This document shows, piece after piece, positions 1-8,221 of a stretch of 64,000 bases of DNA (position 1 is its first letter; the number at the start of each line of letters is the position of its first letter). Below the pieces are notes generated by a model. It did not search any database. It was not told the DNA's origin and worked only from the letters and a program-made list of their open reading frames with translations. The stretch is from Chloroflexota bacterium (GTDB taxonomy: Bacteria; Chloroflexota; UBA11872; UBA12225; JAJDUF01): NCBI GenBank assembly GCA_022826725.1, contig JAJDUF010000021.1:41853-105852 (forward strand), read 5' to 3'. Position numbers and translations under genes: made by a program.

Positions 1-456
1 AAATAGGCTTCTAAATGTCGGGCGGTATTTGAGTTCTGGATTTTGGTTGGTAAGTCCAAACATCAACTCCCCTAACAGCGCATTCCAATCGTTGACGCCT
101 AGCGTCAGCATACTATTTCGGGGTTCGCTCGAAGCGCTCAGATCTCCGACTTCTCCGTCGACGTAGATGCGACTTGGATTATCTGTACTTCTGGTAATGG
201 TGAGCTTCCGGCCATTTATGCTCATGTCAAGCGTGAAACTCCACCCCTTCAGCGGTGTGACTAATAGGCCACGTTTACCGTAGGTTCGCGATCCAAGACA
301 AAAATGGATGATTTCAATCAGAGTAGTCTTACCGAGGCCATTCCTAGAGTCTCTCCTTGTGGAATCCTTCGTCCGGTCTGCCAACACAACATTGAACCCC
401 GGCTTAAACGCGACTGTTTTGAAAGAGGGCATGTTACAGCGAATCGCAATAATCAT
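1..456 (-). CDS. ABC/SMC-like ATPase of an ABC-three-component (ABC-3C)-like system, N-terminal 152 codons only (the gene runs off the window start)
   Basis: This is my own minus-strand translation; the ORF has no stop in the window and is absent from the ORF track. Sequence: MIIAIRCNMPSFKTVAFKPGFNVVLADRTKDSTRRDSRNGLGKTTLIEIIHFCLGSRTYGKRGLLVTPLKGWSFTLDMSINGRKLTITRSTDNPSRIYVDGE... It shows a Walker-A-like NGLGKTT after the beta-strand N-terminus typical of ABC/SMC ATPases. The ATG at 456-454 overlaps the TGA at 455-453 of the upstream gene. An alternative ATG lies at 432. Confidence 0.6.
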   Translation of the reverse strand, partial: MIIAIRCNMPSFKTVAFKPGFNVVLADRTKDSTRRDSRNGLGKTTLIEIIHFCLGSRTYGKRGLLVTPLKGWSFTLDMSINGRKLTITRSTDNPSRIYVDGEVGDLSASSEPRNSMLTLGVNDWNALLGELMFGLTNQNPELKYRPTFRSLF

Positions 457-683
457 CGAAGCGACCTACTTAAGAATCCATGGTTGTAGTCTATAGCCCC
501 AATCATATAAAGATAGTCAAGGGACAGTACAAAGCTGAGGAAATTTCCGACTTGCCGCTCATGCTTGACCGTTTCCCACAGGCTGCTCACAGATGATGGG
601 GATTCTAAGTGCTCAAGCAGCAGAGCGCCTGTCCCGACTAAGGAAAGACTGGTAGGAATATGCTTGTTGGGCAACAGCTTCAT
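453..683 (-). CDS. small 76-aa protein, candidate ABC-3C middle component
   Basis: The ORF sits between the HNH effector and the ATPase and shares ATGA start/stop overlaps with both (683/680 and 456/453). Its size and position fit the middle component of ABC-3C systems. I recognise no motif in it. Confidence 0.4.
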   Translation of the reverse strand: MKLLPNKHIPTSLSLVGTGALLLEHLESPSSVSSLWETVKHERQVGNFLSFVLSLDYLYMIGAIDYNHGFLSRSLR

Positions 684-1450
684 CGCTCGAAGACCTCACA
701 CCGTTCAAACAGGTACACTAAGACTGCTAAGCCTGCGCTTTGATATCGTATTTCCGATCTTCCTTGGCACGAAAACAACTGCATGGCATTAAACAGCGAA
801 TCACCTTCAAGGCCAGACCGCTTATGGCGACTATATTCCTCTACAAACCCAGATATTAATCTGTCTATAAATGTCCTGTCCAAGCTGCTCATTGTTTCGA
901 CGAAATCCTGGACTTGTTTGGACTGAAGTAGGCCAATATGTAAAAGAGATTCTGTTTGCTCTGTTAGTCCATTGCGACTCATCTTTGCCCTCGGCGGAAT
1001 GACGTCCATCGAAGTGGAGCGGGGTTCACTACTGTTCACTAGCGACTGTGTAACAGTTTCAAGCTCGGCAAGAGTGACGCTACCCATTTCTTGAGCTAGG
1101 AATTCGAGGCACCTTGTCTCCGTTTTCACCTTCCAGCCACGCATTACATCAACAGTGTAGGTATTGGGGCGAGCATCAGCAGTTTGGTGGTGGGTGGGAC
1201 ATAAGAGGATTAGATTAGAGTATGCATTGCGCTGCTGATCAGAGAGGGAGGGGTTTGCTCTCGGTCCAGCGTCGCTCTCTGCCTCAATGTGGGCGATGTG
1301 GCCAATTACGGCAGACTGGTCTTGGTTATTGGCTTCCCTGACCAACCTCTCATTACAACCAGGGAAGCAGCAGATGCCTCCAGAGCGCGACCACAGCAGA
1401 GCCCTGTCCGCGGATCTGTAGGATCTCCGACTGGAAGGAGACATAGGCAC
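680..1450 (-). CDS. HNH endonuclease with an additional ~150-aa C-terminal domain, candidate ABC-3C effector
   Basis: The N-terminal half carries an HNH signature: CCFPGC...IGHIAHIEA...NLILLCPTHH (CxxC, His, Asn, CxxHH). The C-terminal half (LAELETVTQ...FVEEYSRHKRSG...) has no motif I recognise. It is the first gene of the three-gene operon. Confidence 0.7.
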   Translation of the reverse strand: MPMSPSSRRSYRSADRALLWSRSGGICCFPGCNERLVREANNQDQSAVIGHIAHIEAESDAGPRANPSLSDQQRNAYSNLILLCPTHHQTADARPNTYTVDVMRGWKVKTETRCLEFLAQEMGSVTLAELETVTQSLVNSSEPRSTSMDVIPPRAKMSRNGLTEQTESLLHIGLLQSKQVQDFVETMSSLDRTFIDRLISGFVEEYSRHKRSGLEGDSLFNAMQLFSCQGRSEIRYQSAGLAVLVYLFERCEVFER

Positions 1451-1744
1451 TAGTCGCTCTGTCAGAATGGTGCCGCCGTGTGGACCTTGCTGCCCTGGTC
1501 GACGGCCACGTTCTCAAACGAAGTCGTTTACAAATGTCCCGCCGATCAGCGCTTCACAGGCAAGTCTCGGTCCTGATGGGGCAGTATACACTGTACCTAT
1601 GACCTATGGATTCGGAAGCCTCCTTGCCAATTGGTCTAAGAACCGTCGCTCCGGTGGACGTGGGGGCTTCCCGGAACCGGGACGGCTCGGCGAGGGTCCG
1701 GTACCCGATAGCCATCAACCGGACCGGACGCCCGGCCGCCGCCG

Positions 1745-2617
1745 TCAGATGCGGTACAGCGCCTCGGCATTCTGCGAGAAGAGGGCGGTCTGCTCGTCGT
1801 GGCTGAAGCCGGAGATGATTTCGGTGTAGGCGTCCACAAGCTCGTCATAGGTGCTCCACAGCCAGTCCACGGGCCAGTTGGTGGCGAAAAAGCAGCGCTC
1901 CACGCCGAACGTCTCGATGGAGGCGAGCACGTAGGGCCTGATGCTGTCTACCGTCCAGTTGTTGTCGGCCATGCCGAGGCCGGAGATCTTCCAGCGGACG
2001 TTGTCGCAGGTGGCGGCGATGGCCATGCCGCCCTTCCACTGCGCGAAGTACTCATCCGTGCGCTCTGCGGGTAAGCCGGTATGATCTACGACGATCATGA
2101 CGTTGGGGAACTTGTGTGCCAGGTCACGGAGCTTCCCCATATCCGGCCACGATGCCGGCATACTCGACACGAGGTTGTACTTCTCCAGCAGGGCAAAGCC
2201 GCGGTGGTAGTCCGGCTCGACGAGGTAGTCGCCGTAGGAGAAGTCGCGGATGCCGCGCATGTTGGGGGACGCGCAGTGCCGCTCCAGGACCGCCTCGACG
2301 CCGGGATCGCGCAGGTCGGCGTGCGCGACGATCCCGTGCGGAAACCCAGTGCGGTCCGCTGCCGCTTGCAGCCATTCGGTCTCCGTGACCGGGTCGGGGC
2401 TGCCGATGGCGGCCTGCACGTGGACGGCCTTGATGACGTTCGCGTTGCGGGTCTCGGCGATATAGTCCTCGGCGAGGTAGTTGCGCTCGGCGAGCTTCTG
2501 GTTTTGCCACCCCAGAGCCGGATGCGGCACGCCGGGTTGCCAGTGTTCGTACACCAGCTCCGGGTGCTGCATATCGTAGTAGTGGACGTGGGGATCAACG
2601 AACTCCAGCTTGGCCAT
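1745..2617 (-). CDS. amidohydrolase-2 family metal-dependent hydrolase (sugar lactonase-like)
   Basis: MAKLEFVDPHVHYYD provides the HxH metal motif at the N-terminus, and VVDHTGLP lies further in. The start was moved to the ATG at 2617. The upstream 162 codons of track ORF 1745..3103 are R/P/A-rich and overlap the next gene. Confidence 0.8.
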   Translation of the reverse strand: MAKLEFVDPHVHYYDMQHPELVYEHWQPGVPHPALGWQNQKLAERNYLAEDYIAETRNANVIKAVHVQAAIGSPDPVTETEWLQAAADRTGFPHGIVAHADLRDPGVEAVLERHCASPNMRGIRDFSYGDYLVEPDYHRGFALLEKYNLVSSMPASWPDMGKLRDLAHKFPNVMIVVDHTGLPAERTDEYFAQWKGGMAIAATCDNVRWKISGLGMADNNWTVDSIRPYVLASIETFGVERCFFATNWPVDWLWSTYDELVDAYTEIISGFSHDEQTALFSQNAEALYRI

Positions 2618-2700
2618 GTGCTTATCTCCTTGTGTCGAACGGTGAGACGGCGCCGCCCCGACAGCAGGGAGTTTACCGTGACGGAGCACCGGCAAGCCGT

Positions 2701-3846
2701 CTACCAGTTGGTGTAGGAGCCGTCGCGGCGGTGGAGGTGCGGGGCTTCCCAGAAGCGGAACGGCTCGCCGAGGACGGCCTCGTTGACTTCGACACCAAGC
2801 CCCGGCTCGGTGGGTACTGTATAGCCGGTGCCCTCCAACTGCGGCTGGACCGGGAAGATGTCGTCGGAGAAGCCGAATTCGAGCGCGCGCACTTCCAGCC
2901 AGGCATAGTTCGGCACAGCGGCGCCGTAATGGATGTTGGCGGCGGTGCTGATGGGGCCGAGCGGGTTGTGCGGCATCAGGTCTATGTAGTGGGCCTCGCT
3001 CCACCCGGCGACCTTCATCGCTTCCGTGAAGCCGCCGACGTTGCAGATGTCGAGGCGCGAGAAGTTGGTCAGCCCCTGCTCGATGTAGGGCAGGAAGGCC
3101 CACTTGCTGGGAAACTCCTCGCCGATGGCGAACGGTACGTCGGTCATCTGACGCAGGGTGGTGTAGGCGGCGGGGGTTTCGTCGCGGATCGGCTCTTCGA
3201 TGAAGTCGAGGGTAGCCGGGGGCATCCGCTGGCAGAAGGAGGCCGCTTCGGCCACGCTCAGGCGATGGTGGTAGTCAATGCCCAGCACCGGACCGGAGCC
3301 GACGGCCTCGCGCACCTTGGTCAGCCACTCGGCGGTGAACGCCAGCGATTCGCGCGGCTCGTAGAGGTCCTTGTCGCCGCCGGTATCGGGATGGCCGGGT
3401 GTCGTGCGGATGGCCTGCCAGCCGTCCTGGTAGAGCGCCTGCACCTCCTCGACTAGCTCGGGTCCCATCGGCGACCGGGTGGTTACAAAGCCTGGCACGT
3501 AGTCCCGATGCGCGCCGCCGAGGAGCTGGTAGACGGGGACGCCTAGTTTCTTGGCCACCAGGTCGTGGAGGGCGATGTCAATGGCAGAGATGGCGCCGGT
3601 GAGGATGCGGCCGCCCTCGAAGTATTGGCTGCGGTACATCTCTTGCCAAAGGGCGCCGATGCGCCGTGGGTCCCGGCCGAGCAGGAACTCGCGGTAGTGC
3701 TGCACCGCGCCTTGTACCGCCAGCTCGCGTCCCGATACGCCCGATTCGCCCCAGCCGTAGTAACCCTCGTCGGTCTTGACCTTAACCAGTAAGAGGTTGC
3801 GGATGCCTTCCCAGACGGGATAGCACAGAATGTCGGTGATCTTCAT
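2701..3846 (-). CDS. enolase-superfamily sugar-acid dehydratase (mandelate racemase / D-galactonate or D-mannonate dehydratase-like)
   Basis: MKITDILCYPV...VKVKTDEGYYGWGE...AIDIALHDLVAKKLGVPVYQLLGG...IEEPI are typical of the MR/MLE N- and C-terminal domains. The start is the ATG at 3846, in frame within the 797-aa track ORF. Confidence 0.85.
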   Translation of the reverse strand: MKITDILCYPVWEGIRNLLLVKVKTDEGYYGWGESGVSGRELAVQGAVQHYREFLLGRDPRRIGALWQEMYRSQYFEGGRILTGAISAIDIALHDLVAKKLGVPVYQLLGGAHRDYVPGFVTTRSPMGPELVEEVQALYQDGWQAIRTTPGHPDTGGDKDLYEPRESLAFTAEWLTKVREAVGSGPVLGIDYHHRLSVAEAASFCQRMPPATLDFIEEPIRDETPAAYTTLRQMTDVPFAIGEEFPSKWAFLPYIEQGLTNFSRLDICNVGGFTEAMKVAGWSEAHYIDLMPHNPLGPISTAANIHYGAAVPNYAWLEVRALEFGFSDDIFPVQPQLEGTGYTVPTEPGLGVEVNEAVLGEPFRFWEAPHLHRRDGSYTNW

Positions 3847-3935
3847 GTCATGCTCCTTGCTGGTGGGTACACGCCGGCATAGGTGCTGGATTATGGGCAT
3901 CGCGGCCTGGCGGCGCAACGTTTGGGGCGTCTCTG

Positions 3936-4020
3936 CCCCCCTATGGTCCCCCCGCCGCGGCAGGGGGACGGACAGTTCCCTCCCCCGTCGCAACGGGGGA
4001 GGATTAGGGTGGGGGTCAGG
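3936..4020. repeat. dispersed hairpin repeat copy (CCTATGGTCCCCCC module plus CCCTCCCCC..GGGGGAGG..GGGTGGGGGTCAGG module)
   Basis: cctatggtccccccgccgcggcagggggac is the reverse complement of a motif at 33541-33567. ttccctcccccgtcgcaacgggggaggattagggtgggggtcagg resembles the GGGGTGAGG hairpin family found elsewhere in the window. Confidence 0.65.
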
Positions 4021-4080
4021 CATCTCGTGTACAATCCCTCGCTGTACGCGCAACGGCATTCGGCCTCGGAGGTACAGAAT

Positions 4081-5109
4081 ATGGCAGTAGAACGCATCGG
4101 GGTGGCTATCCAGGGCGCGGGGAACGTGTCCACTGAGCACCTGCGCGCCTACATCAACAATCCGCATACCGAGGTGGTGGCTATCGGCAGCCGGACGCTG
4201 GAGGGCGCTGCGCGGAAACGTGACCAGATGGGCCTGAGCACCGACTGCACGCTCTACGATAGCTTGGCCGATCTGCTGGCCAATCCGCGCGTGGATGCGC
4301 TTTCGATCTGCACGCCCTCGGAACTGCACGCCGCGGAGACAATCCAGGCGGCGGAAGCGGGTAAGCACGTGGTCATCGAGAAACCGATCTCGGTTGACGC
4401 CGCCGACTTGCCGAATATCCGGGCGGCGGTCGAGTCGGCCGGCGTGCGAACGGTGGTGAGCTTTGTGCTGCGCTGGAACCCGTTGGTCGAGACGATCAAG
4501 GCGCTGCTGGCCGACGGCGCGTTCGGTGAGCCGTTCTTCGTGCAGACCGACTATTGGCATAACGTGGTGCAATCGCGGTACCCCGGTGGTGGGGGCTACC
4601 GCCGGCATCACCCGATGAGCTCGTTTCTCGCCGGCGGCTGCCATGCGGTAGACATGGCGCGGTTCTTGATGGGCAGCGACGTGGTCGAGGTCTCGGCCTT
4701 CTCCTACGACGAGGAGCCGGACACACCGGCGCCCAAGACGACGGTCGCCATCCTCAAGTTTGCGAACGGCACGGTCGGCAAAGTATCGGCCGGCACGGCG
4801 CAGTGGATGCCCTACGTGTTCAACATTGACCTGTTCGGGCCGGACGGCTCGATCCGCGGGAACAAGCTCTACACGCGCAAGCTGCCCGGCCAGACCGACT
4901 TTGCCACGATCCCGACGATTCCCCCGGACAGCGGCGCCGTCGCGCACCATCCGTTCCAGGAGGAGATAGACCACTTCGTGGACTGCATTCGCAACGGCGT
5001 CGAGTCGCACGTCAACCTCGCCGACGCGATCAACACCCACGAGGTGTGCTTTGCTGCCGAGCAGTCGAGCGCCGCGGCTGGCCGGACCATCCATCTGCCG
5101 ATGGGGTAG
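4081..5109 (+). CDS. Gfo/Idh/MocA family NAD(P)-dependent oxidoreductase
   Basis: MAVERIGVAIQGAGNVSTEHLRAY gives the Rossmann GxGxxS motif, followed by DALSICTPSELH and GKHVVIEKP. The start is the ATG at 4081. Confidence 0.85.
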   Translation: MAVERIGVAIQGAGNVSTEHLRAYINNPHTEVVAIGSRTLEGAARKRDQMGLSTDCTLYDSLADLLANPRVDALSICTPSELHAAETIQAAEAGKHVVIEKPISVDAADLPNIRAAVESAGVRTVVSFVLRWNPLVETIKALLADGAFGEPFFVQTDYWHNVVQSRYPGGGGYRRHHPMSSFLAGGCHAVDMARFLMGSDVVEVSAFSYDEEPDTPAPKTTVAILKFANGTVGKVSAGTAQWMPYVFNIDLFGPDGSIRGNKLYTRKLPGQTDFATIPTIPPDSGAVAHHPFQEEIDHFVDCIRNGVESHVNLADAINTHEVCFAAEQSSAAAGRTIHLPMG

Positions 5110-5222
5110 TAGAGGGGATGGGACTCACCCACTGATGGGCCAAAGCCGCACGGATAGTGCCAGGTGTGGTGCGCCTTTGGCCCATCACCCGGCCCCCTCT
5201 CCACATGGTGGAGAGAGGGAGT
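5110..5222. repeat. dispersed repeat copy (GGGCCAAAG..CTTTGGCCC hairpin plus CCCCTCTCCAC..GTGGAGAG hairpin)
   Basis: gggccaaagccgcacggatagtgccaggtgtggtgcgcctttggccc (5137-5183) recurs inverted at 33708-33754 and partially at 63362-63400. It is followed by ccccctctccacatggtggagagaggg. Confidence 0.8.
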
Positions 5223-5337
5223 GCAGCGTGGCACGCTAGGCATCTAGCCCCCGGCCTCTTCCCTGCCAAAGAAGAGGCTTCTGCGCGGCGACCGACTGGG
5301 GGCCGCTGACTACCGTCATTGACTGCAAATATGAGGA

Positions 5338-6984
5338 GTGCGTATGGCGAATGGATACGCAGCAGGTGGAGTGCCCGGTCCGGGGGTGAGCTATGGCGCG
5401 AACGGCATGGTGGCCTCGCGGTCGAAACGGGCCGCGGCGGCCGGGCTGCACGTGCTCCAGCGCGGCGGCAACGCCTTTGACGCCGCCATCGCTGTTGCCG
5501 GCGTGGAGTGGCTGACGCTGCCGGCGATGTGTGGGTTAGGCGGGGATATGTTCGCCGTGCTCTACGACGCGCGCAATGACCGGCTGGCCGCGATCAACGG
5601 CAGCGGCGAGGCGGCGCGGCGGGCGTCCCGCGACTACTACGTGAGCCAGGGACTCCGCACGATGCCGCTCGACGGCTGGCACGCGGCGGCCGTGCCGGGC
5701 GCGCCGCACGCCTACGCCACGCTCAACCGCGAATTCGGCACCATCCCGCTCGCCGACCTGCTGGCTCCAGCGCTGGCCTACGCCGAGGGAGGCATCATCG
5801 TCTCCGAGGATATGAGCCGGACCATCGCCGGGGCAGCCGGCAAGCTGGGGCAGTTTGCCGACAGCGCGGCGCTGTACTTCCCCGGCGGGAGCGCGCCGCG
5901 CCCCGGCGACCGTTGGGTGCTGCCCGATCTGGCGCGGACCATCCGGGCCTATGCCAGCGGTGGTCCCGAGGCGTTCTACCGCGGCGCGGTCGCGGCGGAG
6001 ATCGTGCGGGCCTCCGAGGCCAGCGTTGGCCTCTTCGGGCTGGAGGAGTTTGCCGAGCAGACGACCGACGTGTACGAGCCGCTGCATACCCGCTATCGCG
6101 GCGTAGACGTGTACCAGACGGCGCCGCCGTCGCAGGGGCTGCTGGTGTTGGAGTGGCTGAACATCATCGCCAGCGACGACCTGCGCGCGCTCGGTTTCGG
6201 CTCGGCCGACACGCTGCATCTCCTGGTAGAGGCCAAGAAGCTGGCCTTCGCGGACCGCAACCGCTACTGCGGCGACCCGCGGCTCATCGCCAACCCGCTG
6301 AACGACCTCCTCTCCCCGCAGTACGCGGCCCAACGACGGGCGGCCATCCGTCCGGATCGCGCGAATGACGCGCCGATGGCGGGCGCGCTGCCGGAGCACG
6401 GCGGTGATACGAGCTACTTTGCCGTTGCGGACGGGCAGGGCAACGCGATCTCGTTCATCCATAGCCTCTCCAACCTATTCGGGTGTGGCGTGGTGGCCGG
6501 GAAGACGGGCGTGCTGCTCAACAACCGCGTCGGTCGCGGCTTCACGTTGGAGGAGGGGCATCCGAACGTGATCGCGGGCGGCAAGAAGACGATGCACACG
6601 CTCAACTGCTACCTGCTCTGCCGCGATGGCCGGCCGTTCGTCGTCGGGGGCACGCCCGGCGGCGACTACCAACCGCAGTGGAACGTGCAGACGATCACCA
6701 ACCTGCTCGATTTCGGCATGAACGTGCGGGAGGCGGTCGAGGCGCCGCGTTGGATCAGCGTGCCGGGCACCGACCCGGAGACGCTGGATGAACCGTTCGG
6801 CTTGATCGTCGAGGATCGCTTCGACCCGGACGTGCTGGCCGAGCTGGAACGCCGCGGGCATCGTGTCCGCCGAGCCGGCCCCTGGAGCAGCCCCGGCGCA
6901 CTCCAACTCATCATGTTCGGCGCGGACGGCACCCTGCAGGGCGGCAGCGACCCGCGCGGTGGCGGCGCCGCCCTGGGCTACTAA
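5338..6984 (+). CDS. ggt: gamma-glutamyltransferase
   Basis: GLGGDMFAVLYD, the autoprocessing and nucleophile site GGDTSYFAVADGQGN, and GGTPGG are all present. The start is either 5338 or the ATG at 5344. Confidence 0.9.
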   Translation: MRMANGYAAGGVPGPGVSYGANGMVASRSKRAAAAGLHVLQRGGNAFDAAIAVAGVEWLTLPAMCGLGGDMFAVLYDARNDRLAAINGSGEAARRASRDYYVSQGLRTMPLDGWHAAAVPGAPHAYATLNREFGTIPLADLLAPALAYAEGGIIVSEDMSRTIAGAAGKLGQFADSAALYFPGGSAPRPGDRWVLPDLARTIRAYASGGPEAFYRGAVAAEIVRASEASVGLFGLEEFAEQTTDVYEPLHTRYRGVDVYQTAPPSQGLLVLEWLNIIASDDLRALGFGSADTLHLLVEAKKLAFADRNRYCGDPRLIANPLNDLLSPQYAAQRRAAIRPDRANDAPMAGALPEHGGDTSYFAVADGQGNAISFIHSLSNLFGCGVVAGKTGVLLNNRVGRGFTLEEGHPNVIAGGKKTMHTLNCYLLCRDGRPFVVGGTPGGDYQPQWNVQTITNLLDFGMNVREAVEAPRWISVPGTDPETLDEPFGLIVEDRFDPDVLAELERRGHRVRRAGPWSSPGALQLIMFGADGTLQGGSDPRGGGAALGY

Positions 6985-7160
6985 GCCGGCGAACGCCCAA
7001 TCCGCCACAAAGGGCACAGGGATGGTGTGCTGCAACCTTGTGTCCGAGTAGCACGTTAAGAAAACTACTGTCAGCATCCCAATGCTGCGGTGTTTACTCG
7101 CCACTGTTGTAGCTATCCTTGTGCAGTTTTGCTACAGGATGGGTCATCCTAGGGGAGACT

Positions 7161-8033
7161 ATGGTCCAGACAACACAACATCAGCGAACAACGAGACAGT
7201 ATTACTCCAATCGGACTGGAAAGAATCCCAAATCCAAGTTAGACCTCCCTTTTTTCAGGAGGATTTTCCTCTCTGTATATCGTGACTTCGAAGATAGAGG
7301 TTATTTCCAAGAGTCGTTTGGATACTATTGTGTAGATGCAGGCGACCTTTCCGGAGAATTAGGCTCCAACCTAGAGGAGCATTTTCTTCGTGCGTTACGC
7401 AAATCTGACCTTTGGACAATCGAGGAAAGACATCAGCAGTACTCTGAGGACGACTTATTTGATGTAATTGAACTTCTCTGGGATTACGTATCTGGGCCAG
7501 TTGATGGTTATTACCATGCATATGGCGACTGCGGTTGGCACTACGAGGAATTTGATAGACAGAAGGGAAGAGATGAGTACCGCTCCGTGATGAATGAGCA
7601 ACTGAGAGACTACGGGCAGGGCTACGAGCTATCGGATCAGGGCGAGATTCGACCTTTGCCACCACCTGGCATGGCGCAACTCTTTGAAGCGCAAGTGCCA
7701 ACGGACGATGAGAATAAAAAGCGAGTCGAGGCGGCCATCCATAAGTTCCGGGGGCGTGACTCGTCAATAGACGACCGCCGCCATGCTGTGAGAGACTTAG
7801 CTGATGTCCTAGAGTTCCTACGTCCCAAGGTGAAAAGCATATTGACCAAGAAGGATGAGAGGGATTTGTTTGAGCTTGCCAATCGGTTTGGTATACGGCA
7901 CAACAACGAGCGGCAGCTAATCCAGTATGACCCGGCTATCTGGTTGAGTTGGATGTTCTACTATTACCTCGCTTCCATCCACGCATTGACCCGGCTGCTC
8001 GAGAAGCGAGAGCAGGATGAAGGATTGCTGTGA
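7161..8033 (+). CDS. hypothetical 290-aa protein with a C-terminal Rx4H (HEPN-like) motif, AbiJ-like in size and layout
   Basis: The ATG at 7161 is preceded by AGGGGAG (7151-7157). The C-terminal region FELANRFGIRHNNERQ contains R242-x4-H247 (nt 7884-7901), followed by a hydrophobic helix. I recognise no other family motif. The TGA overlaps the ATG of the next gene (8030-8033). Confidence 0.5.
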   Translation: MVQTTQHQRTTRQYYSNRTGKNPKSKLDLPFFRRIFLSVYRDFEDRGYFQESFGYYCVDAGDLSGELGSNLEEHFLRALRKSDLWTIEERHQQYSEDDLFDVIELLWDYVSGPVDGYYHAYGDCGWHYEEFDRQKGRDEYRSVMNEQLRDYGQGYELSDQGEIRPLPPPGMAQLFEAQVPTDDENKKRVEAAIHKFRGRDSSIDDRRHAVRDLADVLEFLRPKVKSILTKKDERDLFELANRFGIRHNNERQLIQYDPAIWLSWMFYYYLASIHALTRLLEKREQDEGLL

Positions 8034-8221
8034 TGGCGTTACGTGAGCAATATGTCGTTGACGGTGATGGGAAGCGCACGGCTGTCATTCTGCCCATAGA
8101 GCAATACGAGCGGCTGCTGGAAGACTTGCACGATCTGGCCGTGATAGCGGAGCGTCGGGGCGAGGAACTGGTTAGCCTAGAGGATATGAAGCGACAGCTA
8201 CTGGAGGACGGCCTGCTTTAG
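8030..8221 (+). CDS. Phd/YefM-family type II antitoxin-like protein
   Basis: MMALREQYVVDGDGKRTAVILPIEQYERLLEDLHDLAVIAERRGEELVSLEDMKRQL matches the usual Phd/YefM pattern: a beta strand, then the EEYERLLE helix, then an acidic tail. It shares a 4-nt ATGA overlap with the upstream gene. Confidence 0.7.
   Translation: MMALREQYVVDGDGKRTAVILPIEQYERLLEDLHDLAVIAERRGEELVSLEDMKRQLLEDGLL

Larger units (their letters stand above)
1..1620. other. AT-rich genomic islet 1, a compositionally foreign segment carrying the ABC-3C-like operon
   Basis: Sampled 60-nt lines here are about 40-50 % GC. The sequence from about 1640 onward is about 65 %. The right boundary is approximate and the left boundary lies outside the window. 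Confidence 0.5.

Noticed and set aside
1467-1829. 120-aa plus-strand ORF in the spacer between the HNH gene and the amidohydrolase
   Set aside because: The translation is Pro/Arg/Gly-rich, it overlaps the 3-prime end of the amidohydrolase gene on the opposite strand, and it has no ribosome-binding site or recognisable motif.
3847-5094. Upstream extension of the dehydratase ORF (track ORF 2701..5094, 797 aa)
   Set aside because: The extension runs antisense through the Gfo/Idh/MocA gene and the repeat region. The enolase-superfamily N-terminus MKITD... begins at the ATG at 3846.
4869-5243. Track ORFs sharing the peptide HHTW(H/P/R)YPCGFG (also 33597..33818, 63106..63516, 5030..5269)
   Set aside because: The shared peptide is simply the translation of dispersed repeat module A in one frame. 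The copies occur in both orientations and in intergenic DNA, so these are repeats, not a gene family.
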